DNA of 54,712 bases from Natronospirales bacterium (GCA_018971605.1 JAGXAL010000003.1:1-54712), one strand, 5' to 3'; counted from the stretch's first letter, positions 17,817 to 28,640 are shown. Made by a program: numbers and translations. Notes: generated by a model not told the origin, from the sequence alone.

Positions 17817-17876
17817 GGAGTACCCGTGTATCTACATTATTTCCTGAGGCAATTTACACACAAGAGCGCGGCCTGC

Positions 17877-19586
17877 TTAATACTGGCTGACCATCAAGCC
17901 GCTTACCGGGGAGGGGCCGGCACCCAGCAGGATGAGCGAACCGCTGGAGATGGGGTAAAACGCGAAATTGGTGCTGGTGCCGCCGTTGGTGGTCAGCGTC
18001 ATCAGCCCGCGCGTCGAAGTGTTGGTGCTTGACGCGGTGACCGCGTAGGTGCCGGTGACTGACAACTGTCCGGATGCCGTGCCGTTGTCGTTGGTGTTTT
18101 CGAACCCGGCGATGGCGCCGATGCCATTCAGCGTAAGCAGGCCCATGGATAGCGTCGGCGTCGCCCCTGCGGGGCTTGCCAGGGACAGGGTGTAATTGCC
18201 GCTGAGCGCGACGGTGGAGAAACCACCGGTCTGCAGAAACAGCAGGCCACTGGCGTTGATGCCGGGATCGCTGGACAGCAGGAACGCCGAAGTCGGCGTG
18301 ATCTCGTAGTACACGTAATTATTGGCGCCGCTGGCGCCGTTCAGGGTAATGGTGCCGCGACCGGAGGTGCCGTAGATAAAGCTCCCGGTGAGCGTGCTGT
18401 TGCTGGCGAGAGTCCCCGCCAGATTAATGTCCGAGGTGCCGGCATTGATGGTGCCGCCGACCGTGGTACTGGTGGCGAATCCGCCAGCGATCCCGTAGGC
18501 GGAAGTTCCGTTGCTGCCGGCTGCGTAGAAGACATAACCGCCGGCAAGCGTGCTGGTCGAGGTCACGGACTGCTGCTGGAAGGCGGTGCCGCTGAGGTTG
18601 CCGGTGCTGTCGGTTTCGATGAACTGCAACTGGTTCGGGGAAACCAAGTAGAAGCTGTAACTGCGTGTGCCGGTCGAATCCGTGAAGCTGGCAGTGCCGC
18701 GTGCGCCGCTGCCGATGCTGTAGCTGCCGCTGAACGGCTGATTCGCGGTGCTGCCGCCGAGGTTCAGGTCTTCTTCCGCGTAGGTCAACGTGTTCGTTCC
18801 GTTGGTCACGAAGGTACCGATGGCGTTCAAGGATTTGCCGGAGGCATTGCCGCTGAAACTGAACACGTAGGCTGCGTTCAGGTTGGTGAGCGTAAGCGCG
18901 GTGGACTGCTGTGCGTAGAAATTGCCGCTCGCGGTGGTGCCGGAGTCGGTGCGCATGACCACGGCTTGACCCTGGGTGTTGAGTGTGAAGCTCAGGTTGA
19001 CGCTGCCCTGGGAGCTGGTGAAGGTGGCGATGCCGATGCCGCTGGCATCAATGAAATAACTGCCGCTGAACGGCAGGGCCGTGGACACGCCGGACGGACC
19101 GTTGATGTCTTCCACACCGCTGCCGATCTGGCCGTTGCCCGCGGTGAAGCTGCCTACCGCGGCCCAGGGGCTTGCGGATTGGGTGCCGTTCAATGTGAAT
19201 ACAAAATTGCCGTTCAAGGATGCGTTGGAGAAAGTGATGCCGATGGTCACCGAGGTGACGGCGGCAGGGTAAGCCTGGGGGGAGGCGCTGATCACCACCG
19301 TGCCGTTGGCAGTCGGCATGTCCGGCGCGGTGTACAAGCCCTGAGGCGTAATGGTGCCCACGGCGCTGTTGCCGCCGGGGATGGCGTTCACGTACCAAAG
19401 TACCGTGGTATTGCTGCTGTTGGCCACCACCGCGCTGAGCTGCAGGCGGCTGCCGGCCGCGATCGTGGTGGGAATCGGTGTCACCAAGGTGATCGTCGGC
19501 GGGGTTACCTGGGAGCTGCCGCCGCCGCAGGCTGTCAGCAGCAAGGCGAACATCAGCAGGCAAAGTTGTCTGGGCGCTCGCAACAT
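17877..19586 (-). CDS. Uncharacterised lipoprotein: Ig-like domain + four ~110-aa beta-rich repeats (paralog of 15243-16943)
   Basis: Lipobox LTAC-GGGS; WYVNAIPGG...GTITPQGLYTAP; repeats start SNASLNGNFVF, LTNLNAAYVF, TSTLAGGYVF and TVALSGNYTL; GAGGAG upstream. Confidence 0.82.
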   Translation of the reverse strand: MLRAPRQLCLLMFALLLTACGGGSSQVTPPTITLVTPIPTTIAAGSRLQLSAVVANSSNTTVLWYVNAIPGGNSAVGTITPQGLYTAPDMPTANGTVVISASPQAYPAAVTSVTIGITFSNASLNGNFVFTLNGTQSASPWAAVGSFTAGNGQIGSGVEDINGPSGVSTALPFSGSYFIDASGIGIATFTSSQGSVNLSFTLNTQGQAVVMRTDSGTTASGNFYAQQSTALTLTNLNAAYVFSFSGNASGKSLNAIGTFVTNGTNTLTYAEEDLNLGGSTANQPFSGSYSIGSGARGTASFTDSTGTRSYSFYLVSPNQLQFIETDSTGNLSGTAFQQQSVTSTSTLAGGYVFYAAGSNGTSAYGIAGGFATSTTVGGTINAGTSDINLAGTLASNSTLTGSFIYGTSGRGTITLNGASGANNYVYYEITPTSAFLLSSDPGINASGLLFLQTGGFSTVALSGNYTLSLASPAGATPTLSMGLLTLNGIGAIAGFENTNDNGTASGQLSVTGTYAVTASSTNTSTRGLMTLTTNGGTSTNFAFYPISSGSLILLGAGPSPVSGLMVSQY

Positions 19587-19699
19587 GGGTTAGTCTGCTC
19601 CTCGATAAACCATCAACGTGATACGCGATACCAACACGACCGACAGCCGCAAAAGTTTACCTGCGGCCTGCCGGTATGGATTCAAATATATGCTGGCAC

Positions 19700-20671
19700 T
19701 CAGGCCATGCTGACCAAGCCCTCGGCTTGGTGATCGGCATGATAGGACGAGCGCACCAGCGCGCCACTGGCTACGTGCCGGAAACCGATCTGGTAACCAT
19801 AAGTCTCGATATCCTTGAACTCATCCGGTGTCACGTAGCGCACAATCGGATGGTGGAAGCGGCTCGGCTGCAGATATTGGCCGACTGTCAGCATGTCCAC
19901 TTGGTGCGCGCGCAGGTCGCGCATCACCGCGCGGATTTCGTCCAGGGTTTCGCCCAGTCCCAGCATCACGCCGGACTTGGTGGGCAGTTGCGGATGCGCC
20001 TGCTTGAAGTGCGCGAGCAGCGCGAGCGAGTGTTGATAATCGGAACCCGGGCGCACCTCGCGGTACAGACGCGGCACGGTTTCCAGATTGTGGTTGAACA
20101 CGTCCGGGGGCGCGGCGGCCATCAATGCCAGCGCCACGTCCATGCGTCCGCGGAAATCCGGCACCAGCACCTCGATGCGGGTTTGCGGGCAGAGCTCGCG
20201 GATCGCGCGGATGCAGGCGACGAAATGGCCGGCGCCGCCGTCGCGCAGGTCATCGCGATCCACGGAGGTGACCACCACGTATTTCAGGCCCATGGCCTGG
20301 ATGGTGCGCGCGAGGTTCCGCGGCTCATCTGTATCCAGTGCCACTGGTCGGCCGTGGGCCACGTCGCAGAAGGTGCAGCGGCGCGTGCAGATGTCGCCCA
20401 TGATCATGAAGGTGGCGGTGCCCTTGCCGAAACATTCGCCGATGTTGGGGCAGGATGCCTCTTCGCAGACCGTGTGCAGCCGATTGGCGCGCAGGATTTG
20501 TTTGAGGCGCGCAACTTCGGGGGTGGCCCAGGAGCGCACCCGGATCCACGCCGGCTTGCGCAGCGGTGTCACCGTAGGTTCGATCTTGACCGGGATGCGC
20601 GCCATTTTTTCAGCAGCGCTGAGCTTCTGGCCTGGCTCAAGCCGGGCGCGAGCGGCGGAAGACTCGATCAC
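19700..20671 (-). CDS. lipA: Lipoyl synthase
   Basis: [20 protein letters not shown] (radical SAM) and RSSY. Confidence 0.98.
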   Translation of the reverse strand: MIESSAARARLEPGQKLSAAEKMARIPVKIEPTVTPLRKPAWIRVRSWATPEVARLKQILRANRLHTVCEEASCPNIGECFGKGTATFMIMGDICTRRCTFCDVAHGRPVALDTDEPRNLARTIQAMGLKYVVVTSVDRDDLRDGGAGHFVACIRAIRELCPQTRIEVLVPDFRGRMDVALALMAAAPPDVFNHNLETVPRLYREVRPGSDYQHSLALLAHFKQAHPQLPTKSGVMLGLGETLDEIRAVMRDLRAHQVDMLTVGQYLQPSRFHHPIVRYVTPDEFKDIETYGYQIGFRHVASGALVRSSYHADHQAEGLVSMA

Positions 20672-21351
20672 AAGAATTCCTCGGGCTGGCGGATGGCGGA
20701 TGTCATCTGACGGATCGGGGCGCGGGTATTGTACCCCAGCCGTTCGAGCAGTCTGGGTTTCAGGGCCGCGGCCACCGCGCCGACGCTTGCCGGTCCGCCC
20801 AGGTCTTGCACCTGCGTCATTTGCAGCCCGGCGTAACCGCAGGGGTTGATGCGCGTGAACGGCTCAAGATCCATGGCCACGTTGAATGCCAAGCCATGAT
20901 AGCTGCAACTCCGGCGCACGCGTAAACCCAGCGAGGCGAGTTTGCGGCCGTCGCCCGTGTACACGCCCGGCGCTCCGCGCCGGGTCAGCGCGCGGATGCC
21001 GAACCCCGCGAGCGTGTCCATGACAGCGAGCTCGATGGCTTCGACCAGTGCGCGCACGCCCAAGCCCAAGCGTTTCAGGTCCAGGAGCGGGTACACCACC
21101 AGCTGGCCGGGACCGTGATACGTCACCTGGCCGCCGCGGTCGGTGTGGATCACGGGGATGGCACCCGCTGCGAGCACGTGCTCCAGCTTGCCGGCCACTC
21201 CGAGGGTGAACACCGGCGGATGCTCCAGGAACCAGATCTCATCGCGTGTGCCGGAATCGCGGTCGGCGGTGAACTGCTGCATGACGCGCCAGGTGGATTC
21301 ATAGTCCGCAAGGTCGAGATCACGCAGCAGCGGCGGTTCGATGGCGCGCAT
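20668..21351 (-). CDS. lipB: Octanoyltransferase
   Basis: [28 protein letters not shown] and INPCG. Confidence 0.97.
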   Translation of the reverse strand: MRAIEPPLLRDLDLADYESTWRVMQQFTADRDSGTRDEIWFLEHPPVFTLGVAGKLEHVLAAGAIPVIHTDRGGQVTYHGPGQLVVYPLLDLKRLGLGVRALVEAIELAVMDTLAGFGIRALTRRGAPGVYTGDGRKLASLGLRVRRSCSYHGLAFNVAMDLEPFTRINPCGYAGLQMTQVQDLGGPASVGAVAAALKPRLLERLGYNTRAPIRQMTSAIRQPEEFL

Positions 21352-21614
21352 CACAAGGCCACGAGCACGTGCGGGTTGCCGCTCAAGGCCCGGTACAGCG
21401 CGTCCAGTTGTTCGCGGCTCTCGGCGGTGAAGCTGACAGTTATGGATATAAAGCGCCCGGCGCTGCTCGCCTGGCGCGTGATCTTGAGCGTTTCCATCGG
21501 GGCCACGTGGGCAGCCACGATGGCCGCCACGGCACTGTGAAATTCCTCGGTGTCACGGCCCATGATTTTCACCGGGAACTCGGTTGGAAACTTGAGCGGC
21601 GAGGCGTCGTTCAC
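21351..21614 (-). CDS. ybeD: YbeD/DUF493 family protein
   Basis: [23 protein letters not shown] and QLDALYRAL; canonical position before lipB. Confidence 0.92.
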   Translation of the reverse strand: MNDASPLKFPTEFPVKIMGRDTEEFHSAVAAIVAAHVAPMETLKITRQASSAGRFISITVSFTAESREQLDALYRALSGNPHVLVAL

Positions 21615-21618
21615 GGCT

Positions 21619-22485
21619 TCAGGCAGCGGCCAGTTCCCGCTTGTGCCGCTGAAACAGGTCGTACACCTGGCGCCATATCGGGCCCGGTGCGCCGCGGCCC
21701 AGCTTGCGGCCGTCCAGTTCGCTCACCGCGTACAGCTCGCGCGTGGAGCTCGCCAACCAGATCTCCTCCGCCGCGCGCAGTTGTGCCGCCGGAATGCGCG
21801 CTTCGCGGTGCGCCAGGCGCTGTTCGGCCGCCAGTTCCAGGATCACGTCGCGGGTAATGCTGGGCAGCAGATCGCGGCTCTTGGGCGGGGTGATGATTGC
21901 GCCACCGGCAACGATGAACAAACTGCTGGCCGTGCCTTCGGTGGCATAGCCGTCGCGCAGCAGCACCGCCTCATGGCAATTCTGGTCTGCGGCCGATTGC
22001 CGCAGCAGCACGTTGCCGAGCAGCGCCGTGGATTTGATGTCACAGCGCCGCCAACGCAGGTCTTCGAGGGTAATGGCGCGGGCGCCGGCCGCGAGCAGCT
22101 CCGCTGGCACCTTGGCGAGCGGCGTGCACATCGCAAACACCGTGGCCGGCACATTGCGCGGGAAACCGTGATCGCGGCCGCGGTCGGCGCCGCGGGTGAC
22201 TTGCAGATACAGGGCCTGGTCGCCGGCGCCGTTCTTTTGCACCAGGCCGTTCAGCAGCGTGGTCCATTGATCCACGCCGTAGGGATTAGTCAAACGGATG
22301 CCGTCGAAACTGTATTGCAGGCGTTGCAGGTGCGCCGTCAGGTGAAACAGCCTGCCGCCGTACGCCGGGATGACCTCATAGACGCCGTCGCCGAACAGGA
22401 ACCCGCGGTCCAGCGGTGAAATCCGCACCTCGGCCAGCGGCAAGTAAGCGCCATTGAAGTACGCGAGCGGCAGCGGTTCGGCCAT
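21619..22485 (-). CDS. dat: D-amino acid aminotransferase (PLP fold type IV)
   Basis: DRGFLFGDGVYE, YLQVTRG, RCDIKS (PLP Lys) and LPSITR; lies between dacA and ybeD. Confidence 0.88.
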   Translation of the reverse strand: MAEPLPLAYFNGAYLPLAEVRISPLDRGFLFGDGVYEVIPAYGGRLFHLTAHLQRLQYSFDGIRLTNPYGVDQWTTLLNGLVQKNGAGDQALYLQVTRGADRGRDHGFPRNVPATVFAMCTPLAKVPAELLAAGARAITLEDLRWRRCDIKSTALLGNVLLRQSAADQNCHEAVLLRDGYATEGTASSLFIVAGGAIITPPKSRDLLPSITRDVILELAAEQRLAHREARIPAAQLRAAEEIWLASSTRELYAVSELDGRKLGRGAPGPIWRQVYDLFQRHKRELAAA

Positions 22486-23639
22486 TATTTTTTCGTGAAC
22501 CACAGGCGCACGCTGTCGATGATGCGCCTGAAAATGTTGCCCTCGGGTACCGCGCGCAAGGTGTACAGCGGCGCGTCCAGCAGCGTCTTGCCGTCGTAGC
22601 TCACTTGGACCTGGCCGGCGGCTGCGCCTGCGGCAATCGGCGCCACCAGCCCGGCCGGCGTCTGCAGGCCGGCACTGAGCTCGGCGTAGGTGCCTTTGGG
22701 AATGGTGACGTACAAGTCGTGCACCACGCCCACCGGCACGCGGCTATCCGCGCCTTTCCAGGCCTTGAGTTCGGTGATCGCGGAACCCGCGGTATAAAGT
22801 TTATGGGTGTCGTAGAAATTGAAGCCATAATTCAGCAGGGCCTCGTCATCGATGGCGCGCGCTTTTTCCGAGGGCGTGCCCATGACCACGGCGATCAGGC
22901 GCATGCCGTTGCGCAGCGCCGAGGCCACCATGCAGTAGCCGGCCTTGTCAGTGAAACCGGTTTTGAGACCGTCCACCGATGCATCGGTGAACAGCAGCGA
23001 CACGCGGTTCGGCTGCGTGATGCGGTCCCAGGTGAAACTCTTTTCGGAAAAAAACTGCCGGTAATAATCCGGGAACTGGTTGATGATGGCTTGCGACAGA
23101 AGCGCCAGGTCGCGCGCCGAAGTGTGGTGAGCCGGATCATTGGTCAGGCCCGAGGCATCCACGTAGTGGGTGTTGTGCATGCCGAGTCTTTGCGCGTACT
23201 CGTTCATGAGCCCGACAAAGCTGTCTTCGCTGCCGCCGACGCGCTCCGCAAGCGCCACCGCCGCGTCATTGCCGGATTGCACGATCACGCCCTGCAGCAG
23301 GTTTTCCACGCTCACCTGGCTGCCGACGTTGGCGAACATGCGCGAGCCGCCCATGCGCCAGGCCTTGACGCTGATGGTTACGGGGGTGTCGAGGCTGATG
23401 ACACCGTCCTTGAGCGCGTGGAACACCACGTACGCGGTCATCAGCTTGGTGAGACTCGCGGGTTCGGACTGCTGGTCCGGGTTGCTCGCGGCCAGCACTT
23501 GACCGCTGTTGGCGTCCATGAGCACGTAACTCTTGGCCTGGAACTGGGGTGGCGCGGGAATTGGCAAGGCCTGAACCGCGGCGCTGGTGAACAGGGCAAG
23601 CAGCCCCAGGAGACAGGCAATATGAGGCTGGCTAATCAA
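22485..23639 (-). CDS. dacA: D-alanyl-D-alanine carboxypeptidase (PBP5/6)
   Basis: ASLTK (SxxK), SGN and KTG motifs; TTG start uncertain. Confidence 0.93.
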   Translation of the reverse strand: MISQPHIACLLGLLALFTSAAVQALPIPAPPQFQAKSYVLMDANSGQVLAASNPDQQSEPASLTKLMTAYVVFHALKDGVISLDTPVTISVKAWRMGGSRMFANVGSQVSVENLLQGVIVQSGNDAAVALAERVGGSEDSFVGLMNEYAQRLGMHNTHYVDASGLTNDPAHHTSARDLALLSQAIINQFPDYYRQFFSEKSFTWDRITQPNRVSLLFTDASVDGLKTGFTDKAGYCMVASALRNGMRLIAVVMGTPSEKARAIDDEALLNYGFNFYDTHKLYTAGSAITELKAWKGADSRVPVGVVHDLYVTIPKGTYAELSAGLQTPAGLVAPIAAGAAAGQVQVSYDGKTLLDAPLYTLRAVPEGNIFRRIIDSVRLWFTKK

Positions 23640-23738
23640 GGCAACACCTCGTCAAAACAGGCTGAGGAAGCCGGCCGACAGGCGCCGGCCGGGCGCGCAA
23701 TTTTAACCCGGACGGTCGCGGAAACCTATGATTTGCGG

Positions 23739-24578
23739 TCAGGGGATGACGACTTGCGCGCCGGCAAAACCCAGCGTGTCGAGTTGCGCGGTGAGCGCAT
23801 CCACGTGACTGACGTCGGCGATCGGACCGATACGCACTTTGTACAAGGTGATGCCGTTTTGCAGCTCGGCAAGAATGAACGCCCGGCCCAGGGACGCGGC
23901 GCGCAAGCGCGCGAGCACGCGGGTGGCGTTGCTTTCCGTGGCAAACGCGCCGACCTGCACGAACAATTGCGGCGTGCTGCTCGTGCCGGTGCCGGCCGGC
24001 ACGGCGGACGTAGCGCCGGGCACCGGCAGGTTGCTGCCGGGCCCCACCGGCGGCTGCGGTTCGCCGGGCGTGACCGCTGTCACGTCCACCAGCGCGGTGC
24101 CGGTGCCGAGCATGCCGATGCGCGCCGCGGCCGCGTAGGACAGGTCAATGATGCGGTTGGGCACGAAGGGCCCGCGGTCGTTGACCTTGACGATCACGCT
24201 CTGCCCGTTTTGCAGATTGGTGACGCGCACGTAACAGGGCAGCGGCAGCACCTTGCTGGCCGCGGTCATGGCGAACATATCGTAAGTCTCGCCATCCGAG
24301 GTGCGGCCGCCGTGGAATTTGGTCCCGTACCAAGACGCGATGCCGCGTTCGTCATAGCCGCTGCAGGAGGGCAGCAGGCTGTAGGTCTCGCCGTTCACGG
24401 TGTACGGCGAGGTGTTGCCGTAGCGGCTCGGTGTGACGTATTGCGGGACCGCGTTCGGCACCTGCGACAAGTCCACCGGGGTGGCCGGAGCGTGATCCTG
24501 CACGGGAAACTGCGCACACGCAGCCAGCAGCACGGCCGCGCCCAGCGCCAGTGACGCCGATACTTCAGGACGGCGCAT
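23739..24578 (-). CDS. rlpA: Septal ring lytic transglycosylase lipoprotein RlpA
   Basis: Lipobox LAAC; ASWYG, VNDRGPF and IIDLS; C-terminal SPOR domain (VQVGAF). Confidence 0.95.
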   Translation of the reverse strand: MRRPEVSASLALGAAVLLAACAQFPVQDHAPATPVDLSQVPNAVPQYVTPSRYGNTSPYTVNGETYSLLPSCSGYDERGIASWYGTKFHGGRTSDGETYDMFAMTAASKVLPLPCYVRVTNLQNGQSVIVKVNDRGPFVPNRIIDLSYAAAARIGMLGTGTALVDVTAVTPGEPQPPVGPGSNLPVPGATSAVPAGTGTSSTPQLFVQVGAFATESNATRVLARLRAASLGRAFILAELQNGITLYKVRIGPIADVSHVDALTAQLDTLGFAGAQVVIP

Positions 24579-25635
24579 TGGGTCCCGCTAGTGCGCGTGC
24601 TTCGCTGATGCGTGCCGCCAGGTCATAAACGGCCATGGCGTACAAGGGGCTCTTGTTGTACTGCAGGATCACGCGGAAATTATTCAGCCCCAGCCAGTAT
24701 TGCGTGCCGTCCTGCAACTGCAGCGCCACCAGCATCGCCGGCGTATCGTCTGCCAATCCTTGGCTCGTGACCACGCCGTCAGCGCGCAGCGCACCGACGG
24801 TGGTGGGGGCGAAAGTCGCGGGCGGCCGGGCGATTACCGCAGGCAGCGCCGCGGGTACCGCCACCAGACCGTCCGGTTGCCAGCCGTGTACGTGGAAGTA
24901 ATTGGCCACGCTGCCGACGATGTCGGCCCAGTCGTTCCAGATGTCGGGAGGCTTGTGGCCGCCGAAGGCCACGGCGTACTTGCGGTAGCTGTCCGGCATG
25001 AATTGCGGCACGCCCATGGCGCCGGCGTAAGAACCGCTCAGGCTCAGCGGGTCCAGATGCTGCTCGCGGCACATGAGCAGGTATTGCTCGAGTTCGCCCT
25101 GGAAAAACTCCGAGCGTGACGGGTAATCGAAGCTCAGGGTGGCGAGCGCATCGAGCACCGAATACCCGCCTTTCTGGCGGCCGTAGAAACTCTCCACGCC
25201 CAGAATCGCGACCACGATGGCGGGCGACACGCGATACCGCTGTTGCGCCTCGGCGAGCAGCGCCGCGTGCGCATTCCAGAAGGCCACGCCGGCCTGCACG
25301 CGCGCGTCGTTCACGAACAGCGGCTGGTACTGATACCAGGGTTTGGCTTCGTAGGGCTTGGCGATGGTGGTGAGGATGCTGTCGCGCTTTTGCGCCGCAC
25401 CCAGGATTTTTTCCAGCCAGCTGCGCTCGAAGCCGTCCTGCTGCACCAATTTGTTTATGAACGCCTGCACGTCGGCACGTGCGGTGTAGCCTGCAGGTGC
25501 GGTGGGGGCGGCTGACGCAGGCGCGCGATGCGGCGGCGCCGGCCGCCCGGGTTTGACCAGGTGTGCGCAGCCGGCCAGCAACGCACCCAGGGCGAGCGGC
25601 AATATCGCCTTGGTCCGCGCTTGCGAAAACGTCAC
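24565..25635 (-). CDS. mltB: Lytic murein transglycosylase B (lipoprotein)
   Basis: GTG 25635 overlaps the rodA stop; lipobox LAGC; ILGVES, GSYAGAMGVPQFMP and YNKS. Confidence 0.93.
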   Translation of the reverse strand: MTFSQARTKAILPLALGALLAGCAHLVKPGRPAPPHRAPASAAPTAPAGYTARADVQAFINKLVQQDGFERSWLEKILGAAQKRDSILTTIAKPYEAKPWYQYQPLFVNDARVQAGVAFWNAHAALLAEAQQRYRVSPAIVVAILGVESFYGRQKGGYSVLDALATLSFDYPSRSEFFQGELEQYLLMCREQHLDPLSLSGSYAGAMGVPQFMPDSYRKYAVAFGGHKPPDIWNDWADIVGSVANYFHVHGWQPDGLVAVPAALPAVIARPPATFAPTTVGALRADGVVTSQGLADDTPAMLVALQLQDGTQYWLGLNNFRVILQYNKSPLYAMAVYDLAARISEARALAGPNAPS

Positions 25636-26765
25636 GTGGCCAGCAGCTTGCGATGCGAATGGATGCTCATGAGCATGCCGAAACCCGCCATCAGCGTCAC
25701 CAGCGAACTGCCGCCGTAACTCACGAGCGGCAAGGGCACGCCCACCACCGGCAGGATGCCGGAGACCATGCCGCTGTTGATGAACACGTAGGTGAACAGC
25801 GCCATGGTGATGGCGCCGGCCAGCAGCCGCGAGTAGGTATCCTGGGCGCGCAGCGCGATCAGCAGCGAGCGCGCGATGATGAAACCGTAGAGTGCCAGCA
25901 GTACGATGGCGCCGATGAAGCCGAATTGCTCGCCGAGTACCGCATAAATGAAATCCGTGGAGCTTTCCGGCAGAAAATCCAGTTGCGACTGGCTTCCGTG
26001 CAGCCAGCCCTTGCCGAACATGCCGCCCGAGCCGATGGCGATCTGCGACTGGATGATGTGATAACCCGCGCCCAGCGGATCGCGTTGCGGGTCGAGGAAG
26101 GTCAGGAGGCGCTCGCGCTGGTAGACGTGCATGAAGTGCCAGACGATGGGCGTGGCGATCGCCAGCGCCACTGCGATCAGCAGAATCACGCGCAAGCGCA
26201 GCCCGGCGAGAAACACCGCGAAGGCGCCGGCGCTCAGAATCAGCAGGGCCGTGCCCAGATCCGGCTCGATGGCCACCAGCAGCACCGGAATGAAGATCAT
26301 GGCGGCCAGCGGCAACAGTTGTTTCCAGTTGGGCGGCAAGGGCCGGTCGTGCAGGTACCAGGCGACCATCATGGGCACCGCAATCTTCATGATTTCCGAG
26401 GGCTGGAAACGCACCACGCCGAGGCTCAGCCAGCGCTGTGCGCCGCGGCCGATATGCCCGGAATGCAGGGTGAACAGCAGCAGCATGAGCCCCAGCGCGA
26501 ACAGCCACGGTGACCACTGGCGCAGAAACTGCGGTGAAATCTGCGCGACCGCCAGCAGCACCACGAAGGACAGCGCCACGCGTACGGCCTGACGGTACAC
26601 CATGCCGGTGTCCTGGTTGCTGGCGCCATAGAGGATGGCGAGCCCGGCGAGCGACAGCACGATCAGCGCCAGCAGCAGCTGGCCGTCGAGATGCAGGCGC
26701 TGCAACAGCTGTTCGCCGAGACTGGCGTCGCCGCGGGGCGGAGCGGAGGCGAAGACGTTGAGCAT
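25632..26765 (-). CDS. rodA: Rod shape-determining SEDS glycosyltransferase RodA
   Basis: GAQRW, FQPSE, EPDLGT, LPESSTDFI and PLVSYGGSS. Confidence 0.97.
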   Translation of the reverse strand: MLNVFASAPPRGDASLGEQLLQRLHLDGQLLLALIVLSLAGLAILYGASNQDTGMVYRQAVRVALSFVVLLAVAQISPQFLRQWSPWLFALGLMLLLFTLHSGHIGRGAQRWLSLGVVRFQPSEIMKIAVPMMVAWYLHDRPLPPNWKQLLPLAAMIFIPVLLVAIEPDLGTALLILSAGAFAVFLAGLRLRVILLIAVALAIATPIVWHFMHVYQRERLLTFLDPQRDPLGAGYHIIQSQIAIGSGGMFGKGWLHGSQSQLDFLPESSTDFIYAVLGEQFGFIGAIVLLALYGFIIARSLLIALRAQDTYSRLLAGAITMALFTYVFINSGMVSGILPVVGVPLPLVSYGGSSLVTLMAGFGMLMSIHSHRKLLAT

Positions 26766-28639
26766 CAGGGCTGCTTCGGTGCCGGGTTGATTTCGTGCAA
26801 AAGATACTCGTCCATGACGGCGCGCGCTATGGGCGCGGCCGTGCCGCCGCCGCCGCCGCCGTGGTCCACCTCCACTGCCACCGCGATCCTGGGATCGTTG
26901 ACCGGCGCGAACGCAATGAACAGTGCGTTGTCGCGCAGCGCCTTGGGAATGTCCGCCTCGGACTCCTCGCCGAACACGCCGAGGCGCTTGCGATACACCT
27001 GCGCGGTGCCGGTTTTGCCGGCAATGCTGTACTTGGCGCCGATGCCGATGTTGTGCGCCGTGCCTTCCCAGGTGGCCACCACGTTCTTCATGGCCTGCAC
27101 CACGATGTTCCAGGCGCTAGCGTAGGATTCCTGCACCGGCGGCAGCGCGTGCGCTTGGGTGTCGGTGATTTTGCCGGAGAGCGGGTCGCCGATAGCGTGC
27201 AGCAGTTGCGGCACGAAGCGCTCGCCGTGCATGGCTATCGCCGCCACGCCGTCGGCGAGCTGAAGCGGCGTCACCAAAAGATAGCCTTGGCCGATGCCGA
27301 CGATCACCAGGTCACCCAGATACCACGGCTGGTGCAGCGTCTGGCGTTTCCACAGCGGCGAGGGCACCACGCCGTCGCGTTCGCCCATGAGATCGATGCC
27401 GCTGGGCTCGCCGAAACCCAGCTGCGTGGTCAGGTAATCGTGAATGCGGTCAATGCCGAGCTTCAGGGCCACGGTATAAAAATACACGTCGCAGGACTGG
27501 GTGATGGCGTTGGGCAGGTCGATCTCGCCGTGGCCGCCGGCTTTCCAGTCGCGGTAGGGATGCGGATTGGGTGGCACGTACAGATAGCCCGGGCACATCA
27601 GGTTCTTGAACGGATCCACCACTTTGTAATTGAGCGCCGCCAGCGCCAGAAACGGCTTGATGGTGGAACCCGGCGGATACTGGCCGCGCAAGGCGCGATT
27701 GAACAGCGGCTGCAGCGGATCGGTATTGAGCTTGGAAAAATCCGCGGGGCTGATGCCGCCGATGAACAGGTTGGGATCGAACGACGGCGTGCTCACCAGC
27801 GCCAGCACCCCGCCATCGCGCGGGTCGATGGCGACCACCGCGCCGCTGTTGCTACCCAGCGCCTTCTCGGCGGCTTCCTGCAGGCGCACATCAATGCTGA
27901 GATACAGGTTTTTTCCCGGCACCGGCGGCGTGTAGGACACCACGCGCACCGTGCGTCCCTGAGCGTCGGCTTCCACCTGGCGCACGCCCGTCGATCCGTG
28001 CAGCAGGCTTTCATAGGCGCCCTCGATACCGATCTTGCCGACCTGCGAGGTGCTGGTGTACTGGTTGGGATCCAGGCGCGCGAGTTCATCCTGACTGATG
28101 ATCCCCGTATAACCGATCACGTGCGCGGTCACCGGGCCGAGCGGGTAATAGCGCGCCAGCGTGGCGCGGATGTCCACGCCCGGAAAATCCTGGCGGTCCA
28201 CGGCAAAGTGTGCCACCTCGGCGTCGGATAAATTGCTGCGTATCGGCAAGGGTTGGAAGGGTTTTTTGGTCTTGAGCAGGTCGTCGAATTGCTTCAGATC
28301 CTGCGGACGGATGTCGATGACCTTGGCGAGCGCCTTGAGCGTGGCGTCGAGGTCCGGCACCTGTTCGGGGATGATGTCGAGCTCGTAACTGGGACGGTTT
28401 TCCGCCAGCAACACGCCGTTGCGATCGTAGATCAGCCCGCGCGGCGGCATCACCGGCTCGTTGCGCAAGCGGTTGCCTTCGGCGAGCGTCACGTAGTGTT
28501 CGTGGCTTACGATCTGCAGGTAAAACAGCCGCGTGACCACCGCCAGCAGCAGTATCAGGCCGATACTGCCCACCACGATGACGCGCAATGTAAATTGATG
28601 GCGCTCCAGCCATTCATTGCGGATGCGGATGCGCGCCAC
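26765..28639 (-). CDS. mrdA: Penicillin-binding protein 2
   Basis: PRGLIYDRNG, STIK, SCD and KTGTAQ; lies between mreD and rodA. Confidence 0.97.
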   Translation of the reverse strand: MARIRIRNEWLERHQFTLRVIVVGSIGLILLLAVVTRLFYLQIVSHEHYVTLAEGNRLRNEPVMPPRGLIYDRNGVLLAENRPSYELDIIPEQVPDLDATLKALAKVIDIRPQDLKQFDDLLKTKKPFQPLPIRSNLSDAEVAHFAVDRQDFPGVDIRATLARYYPLGPVTAHVIGYTGIISQDELARLDPNQYTSTSQVGKIGIEGAYESLLHGSTGVRQVEADAQGRTVRVVSYTPPVPGKNLYLSIDVRLQEAAEKALGSNSGAVVAIDPRDGGVLALVSTPSFDPNLFIGGISPADFSKLNTDPLQPLFNRALRGQYPPGSTIKPFLALAALNYKVVDPFKNLMCPGYLYVPPNPHPYRDWKAGGHGEIDLPNAITQSCDVYFYTVALKLGIDRIHDYLTTQLGFGEPSGIDLMGERDGVVPSPLWKRQTLHQPWYLGDLVIVGIGQGYLLVTPLQLADGVAAIAMHGERFVPQLLHAIGDPLSGKITDTQAHALPPVQESYASAWNIVVQAMKNVVATWEGTAHNIGIGAKYSIAGKTGTAQVYRKRLGVFGEESEADIPKALRDNALFIAFAPVNDPRIAVAVEVDHGGGGGGTAAPIARAVMDEYLLHEINPAPKQP

Positions 28640-28640
28640 G

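Noticed and set aside
25636-26517. Apparent 650-aa MltB fusion
   Set aside because: The extra part is an alternative frame of rodA; the lipoprotein signal starts at GTG 25635.
22605-28231. Long plus-strand ORFs (22605-24554, 25563-26513, 26795-28231)
   Set aside because: Antisense shadows of high-GC dacA, rlpA, rodA and mrdA with no recognisable motifs.
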